A program made the position numbers and the translations under genes. A model generated the notes under the pieces. It worked only from the letters and a program-made list of their open reading frames with translations, was not told the DNA's origin and did no database searches. This document shows positions 18,999 to 28,269 of a stretch of 64,000 nucleotides of DNA, piece after piece (the stretch's first letter is position 1; the number at the start of each line of letters is the position of its first letter). The stretch is from Acidobacteriota bacterium (GTDB lineage: Bacteria > Acidobacteriota > UBA4820 > DSQY01), in NCBI GenBank assembly GCA_049968315.1, contig JBMFRA010000001.1, forward strand, positions 62,044 to 126,043. The letters are read 5' to 3'.

Positions 18999-20366
18999 TC
19001 AGCCGCGGAACCAGCAGGGTCCGTAACAGTCGGGCTGGTTGGTGATCCGTTTCACCCCCGAGCCGTCCCACCGCATGATGTAGATCTGGTAAGAGCCGGA
19101 GCGGTTGCTGGAAAAAGCCAGGTACCGGCCGTCGGGGGACCAGGAGGGCGATTCGCTGTTTCCCGGCCCGTCGGTGAGGTAGGTCACCTCGCCGCTGTTG
19201 AGGTCCATCACGGCGATGTCGAAGTGGCCGTTGCGGAAGGTGCTGTAGGCGATCTTGTCCCCCCGGGGGGACCAGGCGGGCTGGTCGCACCGCCCGCTTC
19301 CCTCGGGGGAGATCCGTTTCACGTTGGCGCCGTCCCGGTCCATCACGTAGATCTGGGGGGAGCCGGAGCGGTCGGAGGTGAAGGCGATCTTCTGGTCGTC
19401 GGGGGACCAGGTGGGTGCCGTGTCGATGGCCCAGGAGACGGTGAGGCGCGTGAGGGCGCGGCTCTCGAGGTTGAGGAGCCAGACGTCGGGGTTCCCCGCC
19501 CGGGAGGAGCAGAAGGCCACGAAGCGCCCGTCGTGGGAGAAGCGGGGATTGGCGTTGAGGCCCTCCCCTTCGCCGTAGAGTTTGGTCCTCCGCCCCTGGC
19601 GGTCCAGGAGGAAGAGCTCCTGGCGGTCCTTGAGGATGGAGGTGAAGACCATCCGGTCCCCCTTGGGGCTCACGTCGGGGGTGACGTTGAGCTGGCCCAT
19701 GGCCGTGAGGCGGATGAGCCCCTTGCCGTCGTAGTCGCAGAGGAAGATGTCCTCGGTGGCCCCCAGGTGGGAGGTGAAGAGGATCTGGCTCGTGGGGAAG
19801 GTCCCGGCCCCGAAGAGGTAATCCAGGATCACGGCGGAGAGGTTGTGGGCCAGGGTTCGGAAGTCGGACTCGGGGCCCTTGATCCGCTTTCCCGTCACCA
19901 TCTCCTTGCGCTTGACGTCGAAGAGGCGCCCCTCCAGGGTGAGCTGGCCCTCCTGGGCGTGGAGGGTGGAGAGGAGGAGGTAGTCGGCGTTCATGGCCTT
20001 CCAGGCGTCGTAGTCCACCCGGTCCTCGAGGTTCATGCCGGAAAAGAGCGCCGGGTCCACCAGGCGGAAGTAGCCGGAGAAGTCCAGGTCGTCGGCGACG
20101 ATGGAGAGGATCTCCCGGCCCTGGACGGCGGTTTGCCCGTCGGTCTTGCAGGGGGGTACGGCGATGGCGGCGCGGGTGAAACCGCTCTCGGTGATGACGC
20201 CGGTGATCTGGTTCCCCTGGGGAACGGCCCCGGGGGCCGGCGGGGGAGAGGGCGGGGTCTGGGCCAGGAGTGCCAGGGAGGCCCCGAGGAAAAACGCGAG
20301 GGGGGCCGCTTTCACCATGGTGGCCGGCATCGGCGCACCGGGTGCCCGGTTTCCGTCGTTTCGCAT
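18999..20366 (-). CDS. tolB: Tol-Pal beta-propeller protein TolB
   Basis: Signal peptide, TolB-N segment (DDLDFSGYF) and multiple PD40 repeats (PxWSPDG). Start uncertain. Confidence 0.85.
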   Translation of the reverse strand: MRNDGNRAPGAPMPATMVKAAPLAFFLGASLALLAQTPPSPPPAPGAVPQGNQITGVITESGFTRAAIAVPPCKTDGQTAVQGREILSIVADDLDFSGYFRLVDPALFSGMNLEDRVDYDAWKAMNADYLLLSTLHAQEGQLTLEGRLFDVKRKEMVTGKRIKGPESDFRTLAHNLSAVILDYLFGAGTFPTSQILFTSHLGATEDIFLCDYDGKGLIRLTAMGQLNVTPDVSPKGDRMVFTSILKDRQELFLLDRQGRRTKLYGEGEGLNANPRFSHDGRFVAFCSSRAGNPDVWLLNLESRALTRLTVSWAIDTAPTWSPDDQKIAFTSDRSGSPQIYVMDRDGANVKRISPEGSGRCDQPAWSPRGDKIAYSTFRNGHFDIAVMDLNSGEVTYLTDGPGNSESPSWSPDGRYLAFSSNRSGSYQIYIMRWDGSGVKRITNQPDCYGPCWFRG

Positions 20367-20395
20367 CGTCGCTTCCCCCTCGGGCGGCCCGGAAC

Positions 20396-21058
20396 TCAGA
20401 GGAGCCGGCCGCCCAGGATTTCCTTGACCAGCTCCTCTTTCGGAGCCGGTATCACCGCCCAGTTGGTGAGGAGGCCCTTCTCGCCGATGACCTCCTTGCC
20501 CGCGTCCACCGCCGCCCGAACCGCCGCCACCTCGCCGGTGAGGATGCAGAAGGCCTTTCCCCCCAAGGCCATGGCGATCCGAATCTCCAGAAGGCGGACC
20601 TCGGCCGCCTTGACGGCGGCGTCGGCCCCCTCGATGAGGGTGGCGACGTTGAAGGCCTCCAGGACCCCCAGGGCCTCCACCTTCTGGACCTCCGCCGACT
20701 GGGAGAGGGCCGGGAAGATCTGCTCGTGCAGGTGGGGGATGACGATGGCGTCGGCCACCGTCTCCATGCAGAGGTCTCGGCCGGCGGACAGCGCGCTGGT
20801 GCAGGCGGCCACGTCGCCCCGAACCAGAACCATGTACTTGCCGGAACAGATGGCCCGGCTAGTCAGGAGTTCCACGTCGGCGGCCTTCAGCATGACGTCC
20901 GTGGCCTCCACCCCCTTGGCGATGGAGGTGAGTTCCAGCAGCCCTATGGCGTCGCGGATCGGTCCCCGTCCAGAGGAGGGGAGGGCCTCCCCGCCCTTGG
21001 GAGCGGAAGGGGGGGCCTTGGCGGAACGTGCCTTGATCTGACGGATCTTGGGGCTCAT
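20396..21058 (-). CDS. pduT: Bacterial microcompartment tandem-domain shell protein (BMC-T, PduT-like)
   Basis: AIGLLELTSIAKG...DVMLKAA...ICSGKY...GDVAA, then a second BMC domain ADAAVKAA...LGGK...GEVAAVRAAV. The pore Cys (ICSGK) is kept. Confidence 0.88.
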   Translation of the reverse strand: MSPKIRQIKARSAKAPPSAPKGGEALPSSGRGPIRDAIGLLELTSIAKGVEATDVMLKAADVELLTSRAICSGKYMVLVRGDVAACTSALSAGRDLCMETVADAIVIPHLHEQIFPALSQSAEVQKVEALGVLEAFNVATLIEGADAAVKAAEVRLLEIRIAMALGGKAFCILTGEVAAVRAAVDAGKEVIGEKGLLTNWAVIPAPKEELVKEILGGRLL

Positions 21059-22347
21059 GGCACCTCCAGGGAAATCCGGCCGTCCGTCGCCACGACCCGT
21101 CCGGCCCGCGGGGCGTGGAGCCGTGCCCCCAGTGCCCCCTCGGGAATTTCCGCCAGGAGCGCCCCCGCCGCCACCCGGTCCCCGGGCTTGACCACCGGAA
21201 CCGAGGGGGCGCCGGCGTGTTGCTTCAGGGGAAGGGTGAGGCGCGGCGCCGGGACATCCCGGGAGTCGAAGCGGTGCGGGGCTTCGAAGCGCAGGAGGTC
21301 CAGCCGCTGCATCAGCGTGCGGGTGGGGGTGCGCCGGTAGGGGAAGAGGGGGGAGGGCGTCACCTCCTGCCTTTGGGGGCGGATGCCCCGGGCGAGCAGG
21401 GCCCGCTTGCTCTCCACCATGACCCGGAAGGGGTCCAGGTCCTCGGGGCAGGCGTAGAGGGAGCACAGGGCGCACTCGCAGCAGTAGAGGGCCGTCTCCT
21501 GCCAGGAAAGGGCCGCCTCCGGGGCGAAGGATACGGAAATCATCGCCTTGTGGGGCTTGACGAAGTGTCCCAGGAGGTCCCGCGGGCACAGGTCCGAACA
21601 GCGCATGCACTGGTCGCATGAGTAGGCGATCCGGTGGACCTGCCGGGGGGAGCGTCCCTTCCGGAGCAGGACCGAGTGGCCCTCCGGGAGCACCAGCAAC
21701 CCCGAGGTGGTCTTGGTGACCGGGAGGTCGAGGTCCTCGGCCACGGTACCCATCATGGCCCCGTTGACCACCACCCCCACACCGTCGGTGGGCACGCCGG
21801 CGGCCTCCAGGACCGCCCGCAGGGGCGTCCCCACGGGCACCTTCAGCGTGAGAACCTCCGGGACCGCCCCCGAGACGGTGAGGAACTTCTCGGTGACGGG
21901 CTTTCGAAGGCCGACGTTGAGGACCGTCTCCACGTTCTGGACCACCACCCCGACGTCCAAGGGGAGCCCCCCTTTGGGGATGGGGCGCCCGGTGGTCTCG
22001 TAGACGAGGATGTGTTCGTCGCCGGAGGGGTAGGTGTCCTTGAGGGGGCAGACCTCCACACCCTGGAGTTCGTCCCGCAGCCGCTCCATGAGCCGCCGGT
22101 GTTTCTCCTTGATCCCGACGAGAACCCTCCGGGCACCCACCGATTCGGCGCAGAGGTGGAGGCCCTCGGCGAAGGGGGCGAGGAAGTGCTCGAGGATCTC
22201 CTGGTCCTTGTAGAGGAGCGGCTCGCACTCGGCGGCGTTGACGGCGAAGGTGTCGGCGGGGGACGACAGTTTGACGTGGGTGGGGAATCCTGCGCCCCCG
22301 GCTCCCACGACGCCGAATTCCCGCGCAATCCGAGCTCCTTCGCCCAT
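21055..22347 (-). CDS. pduS: PduS/RnfC-like flavin-FeS oxidoreductase
   Basis: GVVGAGGAGFPTHVK, NAAECEPLL, two CxxCxxCxxxCP clusters and C-terminal LKQHAGAP...VKPGDRV; overlaps pduT by 4 nt. Confidence 0.85.
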   Translation of the reverse strand: MGEGARIAREFGVVGAGGAGFPTHVKLSSPADTFAVNAAECEPLLYKDQEILEHFLAPFAEGLHLCAESVGARRVLVGIKEKHRRLMERLRDELQGVEVCPLKDTYPSGDEHILVYETTGRPIPKGGLPLDVGVVVQNVETVLNVGLRKPVTEKFLTVSGAVPEVLTLKVPVGTPLRAVLEAAGVPTDGVGVVVNGAMMGTVAEDLDLPVTKTTSGLLVLPEGHSVLLRKGRSPRQVHRIAYSCDQCMRCSDLCPRDLLGHFVKPHKAMISVSFAPEAALSWQETALYCCECALCSLYACPEDLDPFRVMVESKRALLARGIRPQRQEVTPSPLFPYRRTPTRTLMQRLDLLRFEAPHRFDSRDVPAPRLTLPLKQHAGAPSVPVVKPGDRVAAGALLAEIPEGALGARLHAPRAGRVVATDGRISLEVP

Positions 22348-22441
22348 GGCGCCTCCGCTTCCAAGGTAGCAGGGTTGGCCTCCCTCTTCAAGGCGGCGCG
22401 GGAAAGGAGCTGTGGTACCCTGACCACAGGGAGGTCTGGGG

Positions 22442-23854
22442 ATGCGCATCCACATGATGGCGGTGGGTGGGACCGGGATGGGCTCGCTGGCGGGGCTCCT
22501 GAAGGCCCAGGGTCACGAGGTGACCGGGTGCGACGGAGCCCTTTACCCTCCCATGTCCGAGGCCATCGCGCGGTACGGGATTCCCGTCACCGAGGGATTC
22601 GACCGGGCCCACCTGGAGCGCTTCCGGCCCGATCTGGTGGTGGTGGGGAACGCCGTCCACCGGGACAACCCCGAGGCCGTGGCCCTTCTCGAAGAGGAGA
22701 TCCCGTACTGTTCTATGGCGGAGGCGGTGCGCCGCTTCGCCCTGGAAGGGAGGCGGAGCCTCGTCGTGGCGGGGACCCACGGGAAGACGACCACCACAGC
22801 CCTCACGGCGTGGCTCCTGGAGGCGGCGGGCCTCAGCCCCAACGCGCTGGTGGGCGGCATCGTCAAGGGGTGGGAGAGCTCCTTCCGGTGGGGGGGCGGC
22901 GAGTGGACGGTGGTGGAGGGCGACGAGTACGAAACGGCCTTCTTCGACAAGGGCCCCAAGTTCCTCCATTACGACCCCGACCTCCTGGTCCTCAACAACA
23001 TCGAGATGGACCACCTCGACAACTTCCGCGACCTCCCCAGCCTGGAGACGGCCTTCGTCCGGCTCTTCGGCGTCGTCCGCGAGGACGGGCTCATCCTGGC
23101 CGGCGGCGAGTGCCCCCGCGTGGCCCGCCTCCTGCCGCAGGCGGGGCGCAGGGTGCTGACCTTCGGCCTCGCCGGCGGGCAGGACTGGTCCGCCACGGAG
23201 GTGGCCTACGGAGAGGAGGGGACCCGTTTCCAGCTCCTCCACCGGGGACGGCGGGTGGGCTCCTTCCGGAGCCCCCTCTACGGCCCCCACAACCTGCGGA
23301 ACGCCGTGGCCGCTCTGGCGGCGGCCCTGGAGGCGGGGGCCGAGGCGGCTCGGCTCCCCGAGGGCCTCCGGGCCTTCCCCGGTGTCCGGAGGCGGCAGGA
23401 AATCCTCCACGTGGGGCCCCGCTTCGTCGTGGTGGACGACTTCGCCCACCACCCCACCGCCCTGCGGGAGACCCTCAAAGCCCTTCGGCAGCGGTTCCCG
23501 GGGCGGCCGGTCACCGCCTTCTTCGAACCGCGCTCCTACACCTGCCAGACCAAGCTTCACGAGGAGACCCTGCCGGAGGCCCTCGCCCTCGCCGACGAAG
23601 TGGTTCTGGGCCCCCTGCCCGAAGCTTCCCGCATCCCACCCGAGAAACGCCTCGACCTTCAGCGGGTGGCCGGCGGGCTCGGGTCCCTGGGGCGGAAGGC
23701 GGCCGTGATCCGTACCTACGGGGAAGGGGCGGAGCTCCTTCGAACCGGGGCCCTTTCCGCCGGGGTGGTGGCCTTCTTCTCCTCGGGGGCCTACGGTGGC
23801 CTGCCGGCCCTGGCGGCGGCCGAGCTGGGGAACCGGGAAGAGGAGGGTCCGTGA
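22442..23854 (+). CDS. mpl: Murein peptide ligase (Mpl/MurC family)
   Basis: GGTGMGSLA, GTHGKTTT, EGDEYETAFFDK, DDFAHHPT and FEPRS motifs. Confidence 0.9.
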   Translation: MRIHMMAVGGTGMGSLAGLLKAQGHEVTGCDGALYPPMSEAIARYGIPVTEGFDRAHLERFRPDLVVVGNAVHRDNPEAVALLEEEIPYCSMAEAVRRFALEGRRSLVVAGTHGKTTTTALTAWLLEAAGLSPNALVGGIVKGWESSFRWGGGEWTVVEGDEYETAFFDKGPKFLHYDPDLLVLNNIEMDHLDNFRDLPSLETAFVRLFGVVREDGLILAGGECPRVARLLPQAGRRVLTFGLAGGQDWSATEVAYGEEGTRFQLLHRGRRVGSFRSPLYGPHNLRNAVAALAAALEAGAEAARLPEGLRAFPGVRRRQEILHVGPRFVVVDDFAHHPTALRETLKALRQRFPGRPVTAFFEPRSYTCQTKLHEETLPEALALADEVVLGPLPEASRIPPEKRLDLQRVAGGLGSLGRKAAVIRTYGEGAELLRTGALSAGVVAFFSSGAYGGLPALAAAELGNREEEGP

Positions 23855-24561
23855 AGATCCGCTGCGCCTCCTGCGGTGCCGACTTTCCCCTGGAACGGGA
23901 CACGTCCTTTCAGGAATGTCCCTTCTGCCGCTCCCACCTCTTCCTGGACCGCGCCCGGACCTTCCTCCGATTCGCCCTGCGGCCCCTCCTGGACCCCTCC
24001 CGGGCGAGGCTCTCCCTCCTGGCTGCCCTGAAGCGGATGGAACTGCCGCTCCTGCCCATCCTGGAGGTCCGGCCCCGCTGGATCCCTTTCTGGAGCCAGA
24101 GGGGCCGGGAGAGCGAAGGGGCCGTCCCGGCCCTCTCCCCCCGCCCCCCCTGGCTCCGGGGCTACCACCTGCCGCCGGCGGAGGCCCGTGTCGCCGGCGG
24201 GGAAGAGGCCGCCTTCGCCCCCCTGGAGGGGGTGGAGGAGGTCTCCTCCGGCTGGATGGGAGAAGGCCAGGCGGGGGAGTACCGGCTCTTCCTGGTCCCT
24301 TTCTACCGGGTGGCCCTGGGGGGCGGGGAGGAACCCTACGTGGCGTGGGTGGAAGCGGTATCGGGGGCGGTCCGTTTCGAGAGAAGCCCGCTGCCTCTCA
24401 CGGCGTCGGTTTCCAGGCGCTTCTGGAGCGCCATGGTGGGCCTCTTCACCCTATTCCTGGCCGAGTCGCTCCTCCTGCCGGCGGGCCTGGCCCTGGCGGC
24501 GGTCCTGCTTTCGGCACTGGCTTGCCTGCCGGTCCTCCGGAAGGTTGCGGGGGTGGACTGA
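23851..24561 (+). CDS. Zinc-ribbon membrane protein 1
   Basis: GTG start overlaps the mpl stop; CASC/CPFC, WIPFW and LVPFY motifs, C-terminal TM pair. Confidence 0.75.
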   Translation: MKIRCASCGADFPLERDTSFQECPFCRSHLFLDRARTFLRFALRPLLDPSRARLSLLAALKRMELPLLPILEVRPRWIPFWSQRGRESEGAVPALSPRPPWLRGYHLPPAEARVAGGEEAAFAPLEGVEEVSSGWMGEGQAGEYRLFLVPFYRVALGGGEEPYVAWVEAVSGAVRFERSPLPLTASVSRRFWSAMVGLFTLFLAESLLLPAGLALAAVLLSALACLPVLRKVAGVD

Positions 24562-24563
24562 CC

Positions 24564-25739
24564 GTGGGCGCTACCCGGACCCTCTCCTGCCCCTCCTGCG
24601 CCGGTGCCGTGGCGCCGCCGACCGGTTCCCGGAAGATCCGTTGCCCTTACTGCGGCAAGGCCCTCTACTACGCGGGAGACGATTTTCTGCCGCGGATGGT
24701 CCTTCCTCCCGTCCTGGGGGAGCCCGAGTGCCGGGGCGTCCTGGAGGGGATCCTCCGGCAGCGGCTCCTCCCGCCGGGGCTGGCCGGGCGGGCCAGGGTC
24801 CTGGAGCGCCGGAGGCTCTACCTTCCCTTCTACCTGCTGACGGGGAAGCGGGGCGGGGTTCTGGAGACGGGGAGGGAGCGGGTGGTGAACGACGCCCTGG
24901 GGGCCCGCCTGCAGCGGTTCTCCCCCCTCAACCGGCTGGCGGCGGCCTCGGGGGACCCCGATCTGGCCTCCATGGCCGGAAGGGTGGAGCGCCCCCAGGT
25001 GGTGGTGGAGGAGGACAGCCGGGTGGTGCTGGGGGACTTCCGGTACTTCTACCCCGCCGCGAGCCTCTCCGCCTGGAGCTTCGACGACGGGGACCTCCGG
25101 GAGGCGGCCCTCTCCCGCTTGGAAACGGCCTTGCCCACGCGGGTGGAGGAGCTGGCGGTCCAAGGAGAAGTGGTGGACCCCACGGTCCCCTTGGAGACGA
25201 TCCTGGAGAAGGGGGTGGCCGGCCAAGGCGGGAAGAGCGGGGAGGTGGCCATCCTGGAGGTCCAGCCGGTCCTCCTCTACCTCCCCGTGGCGGTCTATTC
25301 CCTGGCCTTCGGTTCCCGCGTCTTCGAGGTGGTGGTTTCCGAGCTGGACGGCAGGGCCCTATCCGGAACCCTGCCGGTGAGGCGGGACTGGCCCGTGGCG
25401 GCGGGAGCCCTCTTCACCGCCGGAGCGGGGTTCCTGTCGGGACAGCTCCTCCGGACCCTGTGGGCGGCATCGAGCCGGTTCTCCCCCGCAGAAGCCGAGG
25501 TGCTGAGGCCCTGGGCACTGGTCCTCCTCCTCCTGGGTCTCCTCCTGGCGGCGGGCGGCCTGGACGTCGCGTGGGCCCTTCTCCGCACCCCCTTCGTCCT
25601 CCGGCTCACGGGGGCCGGCCCGCGGCTGGACCGGGAAGGGCCGGTACCTCCCAGTCCCTTGAACCCCCTGCGCCGTCTTCTGGCGGCGGCCCTCGCCGAG
25701 GGGGCCGCCGGGGCCCTGGCGCCCAGGAGGCGGCGGTGA
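24564..25739 (+). CDS. Zinc-ribbon membrane protein 2
   Basis: CPSC/CPYC, LYLPFY and LYLPV motifs, two C-terminal TM segments. Confidence 0.75.
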   Translation: MGATRTLSCPSCAGAVAPPTGSRKIRCPYCGKALYYAGDDFLPRMVLPPVLGEPECRGVLEGILRQRLLPPGLAGRARVLERRRLYLPFYLLTGKRGGVLETGRERVVNDALGARLQRFSPLNRLAAASGDPDLASMAGRVERPQVVVEEDSRVVLGDFRYFYPAASLSAWSFDDGDLREAALSRLETALPTRVEELAVQGEVVDPTVPLETILEKGVAGQGGKSGEVAILEVQPVLLYLPVAVYSLAFGSRVFEVVVSELDGRALSGTLPVRRDWPVAAGALFTAGAGFLSGQLLRTLWAASSRFSPAEAEVLRPWALVLLLLGLLLAAGGLDVAWALLRTPFVLRLTGAGPRLDREGPVPPSPLNPLRRLLAAALAEGAAGALAPRRRR

Positions 25740-26365
25740 AGACCGGCCCCCTCCTGGTACCCCTCTCCTGTCCGAGGTGCGGCGGGGATCCGCTGGGGGG
25801 AGGCGCCGCCCGGGTCTTCCTCTGCCCATCCTGCCGCCTGGCGGTGGTGCCCGAGGAGGGGAACCGGACCTACCCCCTCCTGGCTTACCGGCCGAGGATC
25901 TCCGGGACCACCACCCTCCTCTTCCCCTTTTGGCGGGTTTCGGGGCGCCTGCTCCTGAGGGGGGGCGATCCGAAAAAGATGGCGGCGTGGCAACGGCTCA
26001 AAGCCCTCGGAGCCTTCTTCTTCCCCGCTTTCCTCACCCTCCGTCTGGGGTACTACGACGACCTGACCTTGCGGTACGGCCTGATGGAGGAGGGCCGCCT
26101 GGAGGAAGACGGCGGCTGGCGGGGCCCGGTGGCCGATGGGGTTCGCCTGCCGCGCGGCCTCGAAGAGCAGGCCCGTCTGGCCTCCCTGGCCTACCTGGAC
26201 CGGGCGGCGGACGTCACGGGCGTGGAGGCGCGGTTCGTGGCGGAAAGGGTGGCCTACGTCCTGGTTCCCTTCCTCCTCGACGGGGAGGGGTGGGTGGACG
26301 GCCTTTTGGGGATCCGCTTCCCAAGGGGCCTGCTGGGAGCCCTGGCCGCCCCCGCAGGACCTTGA
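25736..26365 (+). CDS. Zinc-ribbon protein 3
   Basis: GTGA overlap with the previous gene; CPRC/CPSC, LFPFW and VLVPF motifs; no clear TM segment. Confidence 0.7.
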   Translation: MKTGPLLVPLSCPRCGGDPLGGGAARVFLCPSCRLAVVPEEGNRTYPLLAYRPRISGTTTLLFPFWRVSGRLLLRGGDPKKMAAWQRLKALGAFFFPAFLTLRLGYYDDLTLRYGLMEEGRLEEDGGWRGPVADGVRLPRGLEEQARLASLAYLDRAADVTGVEARFVAERVAYVLVPFLLDGEGWVDGLLGIRFPRGLLGALAAPAGP

Positions 26366-26436
26366 CAGGGAGGGGGGGGCCGGTACACCATTCGGTACGA
26401 TGTGAGACCGCGTGCGACCTCGGGGAGGAGGGTGCC

Positions 26437-28269
26437 ATGGCCGAGATCAAGACCCTGTGTGACCTGTATTTCCACACCATCGAGAACCTCGCCCGCCCGG
26501 ACCACTTGTTGAGAAAGCGGAAGGGGCTGTGGGAGGTGGTCTCCACCCAGGAGATCGCCGAGACGGTGGAGGCCTTCTCCTGCGGCCTCATGGCCCTCGG
26601 GGTCAAGCCCGGCGACAAGGTGGTCCTCATCTCCGAGGACCGTCCCAAATGGCTCCTCACCGACTACGCGGTGCTCACCGCCGGTGCGGCGGACGTGCCC
26701 ATCTACCCCACCCTGAACGCCCAGGAGACGGCCTACATTGCCAACAACAGCGACGCCGAAGTGGCGGTGGTCTCCAACGAGGACCAGGCCAACAAGCTCC
26801 TCTCCCAGAGGGAGAACCTCAAGCGCCTCAAGAGCATCGTCGTCTTCGACCCTCCCACCGACGGCCACCCCGACCTGCTGACCTGGGACCAGGTCATCGC
26901 CTGGGGGAAGGACTACGCCGCCAAGAACCCCGGAATCCACCGCAAGGTGGCCTCGCAGGTGAAGCCGGAGGACCTGGCCACCCTCATCTACACCTCCGGG
27001 ACCACCGGGGTTCCCAAGGGGGTCATGCTGACCCACTCCAACTTCGTGGAGAACTGCCGGGCGGGGATGGAGTACCTGGAGATCGACGCCACCGACCGGG
27101 CCCTGGTCTTTCTCCCCTTGAGCCACTCCTTGGAGCGGATGATCGACTACTGCTACTTCTGGCAGGGGCTCTCCATCGCCTACGCCGAGAGCATCGAGAA
27201 GGTGGCCGACAACCTGGGGGAGGTGAAGCCCACCTGCATGGCCGCCGTGCCCCGGCTCTACGAGAAGGTCTACGCCCGGCTCATGGAGCAGGCCGCCCAG
27301 AGTTCCGCCCTCAAGAAATTCCTCATCCACTGGAGCATCCGGACGGTGAGCGAATGGGCCGAGACCTACAAGGCCAACAAGGGCAAGGTTCCCATGGGCC
27401 TGGCCTTCCGCCGTGCCCTCGCCGACAAGATCGTTCCCAAGAAGCTCCGGGCCCGGGTGGGCGGCCGCATCCGCTTCTTCGTCTCCGGCGGGGCCCCCTT
27501 GCCCCGGCACCTGGCGGTCTTCTTCTACGGGTGCGGCCTCCCCATCGCCGAGGGCTACGGGCTGACGGAAACCACCCCGGTGGTTTCGGTCAACGAGTTC
27601 CACAAGGACGGGCGGGAGAACATCCGCTTCGGGTCCCCCGGAAGGCCGCTGAAGAACGTGGAGGTCCGCATCGCCGAGGACGGAGAACTCTGGGTGCGGG
27701 GGCCCAACGTCATGAAGGGCTACTACAAGATGCCCAAGGAGACGGAGGAGGTCCTGACCCCCGACGGGTGGTTCGCCACCGGCGACATCGCCACCCTGGA
27801 TGAAGACGGCTTCCTCTTCATCACCGACCGCAAGAAAGAACTCATCGTCACCGCCGGCGGGAAGAACGTCGCCCCCCAGCCCATCGAGAACGAGCTGAAG
27901 TGCAACAAGTACGTGACCCAGGCGGTTCTCATCGGCGACCGGCGGCCCTACATCACCGCCCTCATCGTCCCCAACTTCGACAACGTCATCGAGTACTGCA
28001 AGAGCAAAGGGGTGAACAAGATCGACCCCCGGGACCTCTGCCGGGAGCCGGTGGTGGCCCACCTCTTCCAGAACGTGCTGGACCGGGTCAACGCCAACCT
28101 GAGCCGGTACGAGCAGATCAAGAAGTGCCGCCTCCTTCCCAAGGAGCTCACCATGGAGGAGGGGGAACTCACCCCCACCCTCAAGGTGAAGCGCCGGGTC
28201 ATCAACCAGAAGTACGGCCACCTCATCGAGGAGATGTACGCCGAAAACGGGAATGGCTCCAAGAAGTGA
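26437..28269 (+). CDS. Long-chain fatty-acid--CoA ligase
   Basis: YTSGTTGVPKG, EGYGLTET, GWFATGD and TPTLKVKR motifs; GGAGG RBS. Confidence 0.93.
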   Translation: MAEIKTLCDLYFHTIENLARPDHLLRKRKGLWEVVSTQEIAETVEAFSCGLMALGVKPGDKVVLISEDRPKWLLTDYAVLTAGAADVPIYPTLNAQETAYIANNSDAEVAVVSNEDQANKLLSQRENLKRLKSIVVFDPPTDGHPDLLTWDQVIAWGKDYAAKNPGIHRKVASQVKPEDLATLIYTSGTTGVPKGVMLTHSNFVENCRAGMEYLEIDATDRALVFLPLSHSLERMIDYCYFWQGLSIAYAESIEKVADNLGEVKPTCMAAVPRLYEKVYARLMEQAAQSSALKKFLIHWSIRTVSEWAETYKANKGKVPMGLAFRRALADKIVPKKLRARVGGRIRFFVSGGAPLPRHLAVFFYGCGLPIAEGYGLTETTPVVSVNEFHKDGRENIRFGSPGRPLKNVEVRIAEDGELWVRGPNVMKGYYKMPKETEEVLTPDGWFATGDIATLDEDGFLFITDRKKELIVTAGGKNVAPQPIENELKCNKYVTQAVLIGDRRPYITALIVPNFDNVIEYCKSKGVNKIDPRDLCREPVVAHLFQNVLDRVNANLSRYEQIKKCRLLPKELTMEEGELTPTLKVKRRVINQKYGHLIEEMYAENGNGSKK

